The position numbers and the translations under genes were made by a program. 64,000 nucleotides of DNA from a virus (taxonomy: Duplodnaviria; Heunggongvirae; Uroviricota; Caudoviricetes). A model generated the notes under the pieces. The model had not been told where the DNA came from, did no database searches, and worked only from the letters and a program-made list of their open reading frames with translations. Of the stretch, positions 23,859 through 32,094 are shown piece by piece (the first letter of the stretch is position 1; the number at the start of each line of letters is the position of its first letter). The stretch spans positions 15,772 to 79,771 of IMG/VR virus record IMGVR_UViG_3300042879_003909; one strand, 5' to 3'.

Positions 23859-24537
23859 TTATAACCCGGCTACGCCAACAGACGGGCTTGTTCTTTGTTT
23901 GGACACGGCGAATCGCAGAAGCTACCCCGGGTCTGGAACTACTTGGTTTGACCTTAGCGGCAAAGGAAATAATGGCACACTAACTAACGGCCCTACATTA
24001 AATACAGGGTTTGGTGGCGGTATTAGTTTCGATGGGACGGATGACAGAGCTACCTCGACAATGTTTCTGCAATCAAGTTTTCCATACTCTATTAGTGCGT
24101 TTTTTCGCACTACAAAAACTTCGGGCATCCAGCGCATTACAACTCTACATAAAGCAAATACCAATTTAGGTTTTTTCTCTTTGCGAATTAGTGATGGCGG
24201 GGCAATAAGCGCCAATGCTTACGCTGATACTGGTAATGAATCATTTGCAGTTGGATCAATAATATCAACAAATATTTGGTATCACGCAGTTGCTGTATTT
24301 GCATCTGCTACTGACCGCAAAATTTATTTAAACGGCAAACTTGAAGCGACAGACACTACATCAATTGCAATACCAGCAACAATTGACTACGCAGGATTTG
24401 GGTCGATCAATTGGTCAACAGGCCATATACAGTATTTTCAAGGTCAATTAGACGACATACGCATCTACTCCCGCGCCTTATCTCCATCTGAAATATATCA
24501 ATTATTCTCCTCTAAGCGTGGGAGGTTTAATGTATGA
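23848..24537 (+). CDS. LamG/concanavalin A-like lectin domain protein 1
   Basis: GLVLCLDTANRRSYPGSGTTWFDLSG..WYHAVAV..IYLNG..DDIRIYSRALS. Confidence 0.85.
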   Translation: MSVNYNPATPTDGLVLCLDTANRRSYPGSGTTWFDLSGKGNNGTLTNGPTLNTGFGGGISFDGTDDRATSTMFLQSSFPYSISAFFRTTKTSGIQRITTLHKANTNLGFFSLRISDGGAISANAYADTGNESFAVGSIISTNIWYHAVAVFASATDRKIYLNGKLEATDTTSIAIPATIDYAGFGSINWSTGHIQYFQGQLDDIRIYSRALSPSEIYQLFSSKRGRFNV

Positions 24538-25280
24538 GCATCTATTCTGGGCCTAACACCGCCCAATCCGGGCTAGTCCTGCATATCGATGCCTCTAATC
24601 CTCGCTGCTACCCGGGCTCTGGCTCTACTTTGTTTGACCTGAGTGGGCAGGGTAATAATGGCACACTATCTAATAGCGCATCTTTTACTAATAATTCATT
24701 TTATATAAACCAAACAGATGCCAATATTAACTTACAATCTAACGCTAGTATTGCTGATTTCTATAAAAATAATACATCTCTTACTTTAGAAGTGCTTATA
24801 AACAAAACTTCTATTACTAGCGCGACAAGTGGCTATAATTTGGGATTTGTTTTATTTAATAATAATGATTCTGGATGGGTGTCGGGATGGTCTGTAGTTA
24901 TTAGAAATGCTATTGCAAATAATAATGATGTATTGTTTCAAATAGGGTATAATAGTGTTTCTGATTCTAGATATATTTGTCCCTTTGGCGCATTAGATAA
25001 TACTTGGGTGCATATATGTGTTACACATTCTGTTATTAGCGGAAATTCATCTGCTGGGTTTTATAAAAATGGATTACTATTAAATAGTTACAGCGGCACA
25101 ATATCTAACTTTTCTAGTTCTGTAAGTTTTGCAAATAGAATAGGTAGAAATACCGAGATTTCTTATCAGGGGCATAATTGTGCTGGATATATATCTTGTT
25201 ATAGAATTTATAACAGAGTTTTAACACCTGTAGAAGTTTTTCAAAATTATAGTACTGTTAGAGGGAGGTATGGACTATAA
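24534..25280 (+). CDS. LamG/concanavalin A-like lectin domain protein 2
   Basis: GLVLHIDASNPRCYPGSG..WVHICVT..YKNG..RIYNRVLT. Confidence 0.85.
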   Translation: MSIYSGPNTAQSGLVLHIDASNPRCYPGSGSTLFDLSGQGNNGTLSNSASFTNNSFYINQTDANINLQSNASIADFYKNNTSLTLEVLINKTSITSATSGYNLGFVLFNNNDSGWVSGWSVVIRNAIANNNDVLFQIGYNSVSDSRYICPFGALDNTWVHICVTHSVISGNSSAGFYKNGLLLNSYSGTISNFSSSVSFANRIGRNTEISYQGHNCAGYISCYRIYNRVLTPVEVFQNYSTVRGRYGL

Positions 25281-25957
25281 TGGCACTTAATCATTCGCCC
25301 TCGATTGTGACTAATGGGTTGGTCCTCTATCTGGATGCGGCGAATCGCCGTAGTTACCCCGGTTCCGGCACAAGCTGGTTTGACTTGAGCGGGAATAACA
25401 ATCACGGAACATTAACTAACGGGCCCACTTTCAGTTCCGCGAATGGCGGCGGAATTGTGTTTGATGGAAGTAATGATTATGTTGTTTCAGCAAATAACAC
25501 CAATATATCTGGATCGGCAGCAAGAAGTTTATGTGCATTCTTTTATTTAACAAAATCTTCTTCAAATTATATCAATGTCATTAAAATAGGGAATAGTAAT
25601 AATAATGCAGCATTGTTTGAAATTCTATTACAGCAAAACAGTATTGTTGGTCATTTTTGGGGAACAAATCAAGCTTTTGCTGCTGATTCTAAAAAAATAT
25701 TATTAAATAATTATACTTATGTTGTTATGACTTATTCGGGCTCTATAGTTAATGCATACGTGGACGGGTATTTTATTTATAGTGGTATTTTTAATCTTAA
25801 CACATCTAATACTCAATTATTCTGTGGGCTAAAAGAATATTATGAGCACGAAAACTATCAGGGCTCACAATTTATGGCACACCTGTATAACAGGGCTCTA
25901 TCTCCCGCAGAAATAGTTCAAAACTACAATGCTATTAAAGGCAGATTTGGACTATAA
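25280..25957 (+). CDS. LamG/concanavalin A-like lectin domain protein 3
   Basis: GLVLYLDAANRRSYPGSGTSWFDLSG..YVDG..LYNRALS. Confidence 0.85.
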   Translation: MALNHSPSIVTNGLVLYLDAANRRSYPGSGTSWFDLSGNNNHGTLTNGPTFSSANGGGIVFDGSNDYVVSANNTNISGSAARSLCAFFYLTKSSSNYINVIKIGNSNNNAALFEILLQQNSIVGHFWGTNQAFAADSKKILLNNYTYVVMTYSGSIVNAYVDGYFIYSGIFNLNTSNTQLFCGLKEYYEHENYQGSQFMAHLYNRALSPAEIVQNYNAIKGRFGL

Positions 25958-25961
25958 TCTA

Positions 25962-25972
25962 TTTTGTGTATA
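25962..25972 (+). promoter_or_regulatory. Putative late promoter motif (T-rich GTGTA)
   Basis: TTTTGTGTATA in gap before 26002. Confidence 0.5.
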
Positions 25973-26001
25973 TCTTATTAGCCCCAATATAGGAGACACA
26001 T

Positions 26002-26499
26002 ATGGCTTGGACTACAGACTTAGTATTATTCGTTCGTTCCCTAATAGGGGATTTGGACGCTACCAAATATAATAATGATAGGATTAAGCAGGTCATCGCC
26101 GTTTCTGCCTACCAAATGCTATCGACTACCACTTTTTTAAATGAATATACTGTAGATATTAGTTCAGTATCGATTAGCCCGGACCCTATGGAAGATGTGG
26201 ATTTTTGCTTATTAGTAGCATATAAAGCCGCTGTGATCATTATAGGGGGCGAAGTTAAAAATGCCTCTAATCAAGCTATTTCTTATAGAGAGGGCCCTAA
26301 CTCGCTAGATTTGGCCGGGGTAGCCGCTGCTCTTCAGGCTCTTTATAAACAATTGTCGGCAACTTTTGAAGACTTGCTGAATGGTTATATGATGGAGCAA
26401 GGCAGTGCAAATGGTCAAGCTATATTGGGACCATACTCGCCGGGCAGTGATTTCATTGCATTTTTCAGGGGTCAAGATCACAGAAGTAATAACCTATAG
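26002..26499 (+). CDS. Head-tail adaptor-like protein
   Basis: Helical 165 aa, VRSLIGD..KY.NDRI pattern of adaptor proteins; inference. Confidence 0.5.
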   Translation: MAWTTDLVLFVRSLIGDLDATKYNNDRIKQVIAVSAYQMLSTTTFLNEYTVDISSVSISPDPMEDVDFCLLVAYKAAVIIIGGEVKNASNQAISYREGPNSLDLAGVAAALQALYKQLSATFEDLLNGYMMEQGSANGQAILGPYSPGSDFIAFFRGQDHRSNNL

Positions 26500-26508
26500 G
26501 AGTTTTAT

Positions 26509-26730
26509 ATGCCAGACGTAGCAAAAAAAATTATTAACGCTAACCCACAAAGGGGCGGCGGGATTGTATCAATGGCCGGGGCCAAGGCTCTTTCGGCTTC
26601 TGAAAAAATTAGTGCAAACTATGAAGTGGGCGTGCCTGTTCAAAAAGACCAGCCCGTGACCGTTATCGAGGCCCGGCTAGATACTCGTCTTGATGATGTA
26701 AGATACTATTCAGGCGATTCTTCTAGCTAA
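26509..26730 (+). CDS. Hypothetical protein
   Basis: AGGAG RBS, ORF track. Confidence 0.65.
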   Translation: MPDVAKKIINANPQRGGGIVSMAGAKALSASEKISANYEVGVPVQKDQPVTVIEARLDTRLDDVRYYSGDSSS

Positions 26731-26743
26731 TTAGGGGTTATCA

Positions 26744-28639
26744 ATGGGTGCTACCAGTTTAGATTTATCACAAATAAAAACCGATGCTCTGTCTACTGCT
26801 AGCACCTTTCGTAGTTTAATTGGGCTGGGCAATGTTAATAATACGAGCGATGCTAATAAGCCCATTAGTAGCGCTACCCAGAGCGCCTTAGATGGCAAGC
26901 TGTCGCTTTCGGGCGGGACTTTAACAGGGGCTTTAAGTGGTACAAGTGCTACGTTTAGTGGTGTCCTTACTGTCGGTACAGTTGGATCAACATTAAATCG
27001 TATTGCATTTGCATCTGGCCCTAATGGTGCTGCTGGTGCTTATGACATTGTTCAAACATATCCAGAAGTAATTTTATTTAGAAGGAATCAAATTGGTTTT
27101 GCAAAATTAGAAAATAGTGTGACTGAATCTGGTTCCTATACCGGTGGATTGATGCTTACCGGAGGCGGTATATCTTGGGCAACAAATTCAACAGTCGCAA
27201 ACGGTCAAGATACTCCCAATCTTTGCATCATGCGTGATGCCGCAGATGCTCTTGCCCTTCGTCGTAGCACCAACGCCCAAACGCTTCGTATCTACGGCAC
27301 CTACACCGATGCCAGCAACTATCGCAGATTATACATATCCTCTACTACAGCAGGTGCGTTTACTCTCGGCGTAGAAGGAGCAGGGACGGGGGCGAGTGGG
27401 AATACGCTGACGGTTGCTAACGATCTAAATATTTCTGGTTTGCAGATTACGCTAGGTGACTCTACTCATTGGCTCTATAATAGCGTCGGTACTGGCTTCG
27501 GGTTAATGTTTAGTGGATTTGGAAGCAAATTAACTTTTAATGGCAATTTTATATTAACAGGTCGTTATACTAACCACGAACTGTATGTAGGACATCAAAA
27601 CGCCAGAATAATATATGGTACACAATCGTATACAAACACTGATACTAATAGAGTTATTGTGCAAGCGGTAGATGGGTTGCATATTAGAAATACGCCAGCA
27701 ACAACAAGTGCAACGGCGTTTTTGTACAACACCTTCACCGATGCCAGCAACTACATCCGTCAATCGCTCTCATTCACCACCTACAGCAGCACAGTTCACG
27801 CACAGCATGTAGTCGAAGGTGCTGGCACTGGGGCGGTCAACGTACCGTTTGTTATTACGCCAAGGGGTGATGGGGCTTTCATTCTGGGTCGAATGGCTGA
27901 CGGAACAATCGCGGGCGGCAATCTGAGAGGTCGACTTGCTGTTGATTTGCAAATGGAACGTAGCTTTGCCAATGAAGTAGCTAGCGGGCAATACTCGGCT
28001 ATAATAGGAGGGGCACAGAGTAGAGCAAGTGGATATGCTTCACTGGCGTTTGGTATTCGTGCTGTTGCAACTGGTACGGGAGCCGTAGCGATTGGCTCGG
28101 ATTTGACTGCATCGGGTAACGAATCAAACGTTATAGGAACTGACTCGGAGGCAACAAGCTTTCAATCAATGGCACTTGGTAGAGGTGCCAAGTCAGTCGT
28201 GTCAGGTCAGATAGCCTACGCCGCATGGAAGTTTTCTAGCAGAGGAGATGCTCAAGGTAGCATTTATATTTTGCTTGGAAAAACAACTAACAATACTCCA
28301 GCTTCATTGTTTTGTCAGACATGGAATAGTAGCAGACTATTGATACCATCTGGAAAACTCCTGCTGTTCACTGCAAAGATTGTCGGCGTTAAATCAGACG
28401 GCACTGCCGCAGCAACGTATTATCGCAAAGGCTGTATCGAGAACGTGGGCGGTACAACGATGCTCGTAGGCAACATAGAAACAATAGGCACAGACCACGA
28501 AGACAATCCTTTAACCGATGTTTCTATTACGGCGGATAACACTAACGACGCCCTTGATATTAGCGTTACCGGGATAACGGGCGAAACTTGGCGGTGGGTC
28601 GCGGTTGTTGAAGGCGTAGAAGTAGCTTATGGAACATAG
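26744..28639 (+). CDS. Fibre/adhesin protein (mosaic, YadA-head-like repeats)
   Basis: A.A.G..A.A.G repeats; modules shared with 28648 and 32095 genes. Confidence 0.65.
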   Translation: MGATSLDLSQIKTDALSTASTFRSLIGLGNVNNTSDANKPISSATQSALDGKLSLSGGTLTGALSGTSATFSGVLTVGTVGSTLNRIAFASGPNGAAGAYDIVQTYPEVILFRRNQIGFAKLENSVTESGSYTGGLMLTGGGISWATNSTVANGQDTPNLCIMRDAADALALRRSTNAQTLRIYGTYTDASNYRRLYISSTTAGAFTLGVEGAGTGASGNTLTVANDLNISGLQITLGDSTHWLYNSVGTGFGLMFSGFGSKLTFNGNFILTGRYTNHELYVGHQNARIIYGTQSYTNTDTNRVIVQAVDGLHIRNTPATTSATAFLYNTFTDASNYIRQSLSFTTYSSTVHAQHVVEGAGTGAVNVPFVITPRGDGAFILGRMADGTIAGGNLRGRLAVDLQMERSFANEVASGQYSAIIGGAQSRASGYASLAFGIRAVATGTGAVAIGSDLTASGNESNVIGTDSEATSFQSMALGRGAKSVVSGQIAYAAWKFSSRGDAQGSIYILLGKTTNNTPASLFCQTWNSSRLLIPSGKLLLFTAKIVGVKSDGTAAATYYRKGCIENVGGTTMLVGNIETIGTDHEDNPLTDVSITADNTNDALDISVTGITGETWRWVAVVEGVEVAYGT

Positions 28640-28647
28640 GAGATAAC

Positions 28648-29946
28648 ATGACACAATTCGCACCAATCTGGAATTCTTCCGGGGTTAGCTTTAACGCAAT
28701 CCGGGCCAATGTGACTGATATTGCTAGTTCGGGCACTTCTACCCTGCTGGATCTTCGTGTCAATAATTCCGGGGTTTTCTCTGTTGATAAGACGGGGGCT
28801 GTTGTCTACGGGGGTGGGACTAATTTAGGAAGCACGCTGGATGGCAAGTTGAGCCTGACCGGGGGGACTCTGACAGGAGCATTGAATGGAACAAGTGCCA
28901 ATTTTAATACATCGGTTCAGGTAGGTAACGCAATAATAAGTAGCGGTATAGTGCTTGGTGGATGGGGGATTGTCTTAGGTGGTTATAATTTTTCTGCTTA
29001 TCAAATTACTACTACGGGTGGTCGATGTTATTTATTTAACAATTTTAATGTCGCTAATAACTTTGGCTATACATTCTCTGCTAATACCGCAGGTAATGGC
29101 GCTGAAGAATTTGGGCTATACCGCAATGGGTCGCATACCTTAATGCAAGTGGGCGGAGCAAATGCCCAACGCTTCAATCTCTACGGCACTTATACCGATG
29201 GCTCCAACTATCGCAGATTATACATATCCTCTACTACCGCTGGGGCTTTTACGTTAGGAGTTGAAGGAGCGGGAACGGGTGCGAGCGGTAATACGCTGAA
29301 CATCGGCCCGGGTATTACTATTGATCGTGGTGGTTTTCTCATAAGTGTTGAATCTTCGCTTATATTAGCCACCACAGTATTACAGTTAAATTCAGACACA
29401 GGTCAGTTACGAGGGAGAAATGGTCGAATAATTCTCTCTGACAATGCAACTGGAAGCACTTTTGATTTATTGAGATTTGGTGGGATTACCAGTTCTTTCC
29501 CCGCCATTAAGCGCAATGCTGCTGCAATCAATTTTCGCCTTGCCGATGATAGTGCCGATGCCGCAATAACAGCAGGCAATGGGACTTTTTCCGGAGCTTT
29601 ATCTGCTGTAACCAAGTCCTTCTTGATCGATCACCCCACACAGCCGGGCAAGAAACTTCAGTACGGCAGTTTAGAATCGCCCTATCACGGCATCAGACTA
29701 ACAGGCCGGGCCCAGCTTGTAAACGGCTCTTGCGTAGTCGAATTGCCGGGCTATGTATCGGCCCTAGTCCATGACGATATTAATATTCAGCTTACTCCGG
29801 TGGGTAGAAATGTGGTCTGGGTCGAGGGGCACGATTTAGAGTCTAATACATTTACGGCCCGGGGCGATCAGGACGGCATGTTCTACTGGTCATTTACCGC
29901 CGTAAGAAAAGATATTGAGCCGCTTGAGGTAGAGCCGTGGGCATAA
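28648..29946 (+). CDS. Fibre protein with C-terminal chaperone-like domain
   Basis: C-terminal TKSFLIDHP...LQYGSLESP...RKD domain typical of phage fibre ends. Confidence 0.65.
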   Translation: MTQFAPIWNSSGVSFNAIRANVTDIASSGTSTLLDLRVNNSGVFSVDKTGAVVYGGGTNLGSTLDGKLSLTGGTLTGALNGTSANFNTSVQVGNAIISSGIVLGGWGIVLGGYNFSAYQITTTGGRCYLFNNFNVANNFGYTFSANTAGNGAEEFGLYRNGSHTLMQVGGANAQRFNLYGTYTDGSNYRRLYISSTTAGAFTLGVEGAGTGASGNTLNIGPGITIDRGGFLISVESSLILATTVLQLNSDTGQLRGRNGRIILSDNATGSTFDLLRFGGITSSFPAIKRNAAAINFRLADDSADAAITAGNGTFSGALSAVTKSFLIDHPTQPGKKLQYGSLESPYHGIRLTGRAQLVNGSCVVELPGYVSALVHDDINIQLTPVGRNVVWVEGHDLESNTFTARGDQDGMFYWSFTAVRKDIEPLEVEPWA

Positions 29947-30662
29947 TATATAATTCGCTTACACCAACAGATGGGCTAGTATTATCACTAGATAGTGCCA
30001 ATCGCCGTAGCTATCCGGGGTCTGGAAATACTTGGCTCGATTTAAGCGGAAATAATAATCATGGAACTTTAACGGGCGGCGTAACTTATAACGGATTTAC
30101 CATGAATTTTGATGGAATAGATGACAGAGTTATAACACCTATCACTCAAACATATTCCCTGTTTACTTTGTCGTGTTGGTTTTTAAATAGTCAAGATTTA
30201 GCAAAAGATAATAGAACATTAATAAGCAAAAACTCTTATTATGCTAATACTGAAAATGATTGGCCTATTTCTTTATCTGTTGGTAGTGCTGGTACTGCTA
30301 TAGGCATTGTTATAACTTCCGGAACGAGTTTTTTTGTAACGACGCCAAGCACTGGTTCTGCTATATCTACTTCAATAAGCGGCCTAGGAAAATGGTTTCA
30401 TGCTGCCGCAACATATGATAGAAATAATTTACGTTTATATATTAATGGTATATTAACTAACTCTACCGCTAATACTATAGCTTTACCAAATAACACCGGA
30501 AGAGCTTATACTATAGGCAGAGCCCCTTTTGAAAGAGATGGTGGATTAAATAAAACAGCGTTCAACAGTTCTATTGATGATGTTCGTATTTATAGCAGGG
30601 CCCTTTCCGCAGCCGAGATTATGATCTTATTTAACGCCAAACGCAGGAGGTACGGCCTCTAA
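29937..30662 (+). CDS. LamG/concanavalin A-like lectin domain protein 4
   Basis: Same conserved N- and C-terminal blocks; WFHAAATYD..LYING. Confidence 0.85.
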   Translation: MGIIYNSLTPTDGLVLSLDSANRRSYPGSGNTWLDLSGNNNHGTLTGGVTYNGFTMNFDGIDDRVITPITQTYSLFTLSCWFLNSQDLAKDNRTLISKNSYYANTENDWPISLSVGSAGTAIGIVITSGTSFFVTTPSTGSAISTSISGLGKWFHAAATYDRNNLRLYINGILTNSTANTIALPNNTGRAYTIGRAPFERDGGLNKTAFNSSIDDVRIYSRALSAAEIMILFNAKRRRYGL

Positions 30663-31369
30663 TGGGACTATTACACTCACCCCTCGCCCCTACTGATGGG
30701 CTTGTATTATGTTTAGACTCGGCTAATCGCCGTAGTTACCCCGGGTCTGGTAATACTTGGTTTGACTTAAGTGGTAATGGTAATAATGGTACATTGATAA
30801 ATGGTGCTAGCTATAATGGACTTGCTATGAATTTTGATGGAGCGGATGATAGGGTAAATGTTTTAAGAATATCTCAATATGAATCTACGAGATTTTCTGC
30901 ATCTTGCTGGATACTACTTAACCCTACGACAGAAAATTCTAACAGGTCTATTTTCGGTTCATTTGCATTTGATGGAACAAATTTTACCGGAGGATGGATA
31001 ATAGGCAAAAGACGATCTGATGCAACTGATGGTAATGCAAACAAATTGTTTTGGATATATAAAACAGCAACTACAGCTCTTGCATCTTATTCAATTGATT
31101 TAGCTCAAACTAGAAGGTTTTTTCATGCTGCCTTGACATATGATGGATCTAGGTTTATAGGATATATAAATGGGATACAGCAATTTTCTGATGCTCAAAC
31201 TTATATTCCAAATACTCAAAGAAATTTATCGGTTGGAGGAAATGATTGGGGCGGATTCGATGTTAACCATTCTGGCCTGTTGGATGATTGCCGCATTTAT
31301 AATCGTGCTCTGAATGCAGTTGAGGTAGGCGCTCTTTTTAATGCCAAGCGCAAGAGGTACGGCCTATGA
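30662..31369 (+). CDS. LamG/concanavalin A-like lectin domain protein 5
   Basis: Same conserved blocks; FFHAALTYDG..YING. Confidence 0.85.
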   Translation: MGLLHSPLAPTDGLVLCLDSANRRSYPGSGNTWFDLSGNGNNGTLINGASYNGLAMNFDGADDRVNVLRISQYESTRFSASCWILLNPTTENSNRSIFGSFAFDGTNFTGGWIIGKRRSDATDGNANKLFWIYKTATTALASYSIDLAQTRRFFHAALTYDGSRFIGYINGIQQFSDAQTYIPNTQRNLSVGGNDWGGFDVNHSGLLDDCRIYNRALNAVEVGALFNAKRKRYGL

Positions 31370-32067
31370 GCATATTCTCTGGTAAAGATCCAAACTGGGT
31401 AGCTAAAAGAGGCACAGTCACAAACGGGCTTGTGGGCCACTGGGACAGCATGGTTATGTCGGCGGCAGACCGGGCTGGTAATAGGTGGCTTGATATTAGT
31501 GGCAATAATAATCATGGCACATTAGTCGGCGGGGCGAGTTTTGATAGAATTGGTTGTAGTTTTGATGGGTCGAATGATTATGCGAGCTTTGGTTTTGGTG
31601 GCATTGGGAAATTAACAAATTCTCAAGCAACTGTTTCTGTTTGGGTTAATCCTGCAACTGTTTCGGTTAGGCAAGCTATTATTGCGGATTGGAGTTCAGG
31701 AGGAATAGCAGAGTCGTTTGCATTACAAATTTCTTCAGTAGGTAGAATTGGTATTTTTGTAAGAAGTCAAACAGCCATAATCCAAGAAACATCTATAGAC
31801 TCAATCTCTACTAATACTTGGACTAATTTGATTGCTACTGCGGGGAATAACGGATTATATGTCTATAAAAATGGTGTTCAGGTTTATGCAAACGCAACGT
31901 CGATACCCTTAACTAACGGAATTACAACTTCAATCGGGCGAGCAGGAGCGCTTGATGGCTTGTATTATCAGGGTCAAATTGATGATGTCCGCATCTACAA
32001 TCGCGCCCTATCAGCCGCAGAAATATTAAGAAACTTCAACGCAACCAGAGCCCGGTTTGGTGTTTAG
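31366..32067 (+). CDS. LamG/concanavalin A-like lectin domain protein 6
   Basis: GLVGHWDS..WLDISGNNNHGTL..YKNG..DDVRIYNRALS. Confidence 0.85.
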   Translation: MSIFSGKDPNWVAKRGTVTNGLVGHWDSMVMSAADRAGNRWLDISGNNNHGTLVGGASFDRIGCSFDGSNDYASFGFGGIGKLTNSQATVSVWVNPATVSVRQAIIADWSSGGIAESFALQISSVGRIGIFVRSQTAIIQETSIDSISTNTWTNLIATAGNNGLYVYKNGVQVYANATSIPLTNGITTSIGRAGALDGLYYQGQIDDVRIYNRALSAAEILRNFNATRARFGV

Positions 32068-32074
32068 GTGTATA
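32063..32074 (+). promoter_or_regulatory. Putative late promoter motif (T-rich GTGTA)
   Basis: TTTAGGTGTATA before AAGGAGG and 32095. Confidence 0.45.
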
Positions 32075-32094
32075 TCATAAAAGGAGGACTTTAA

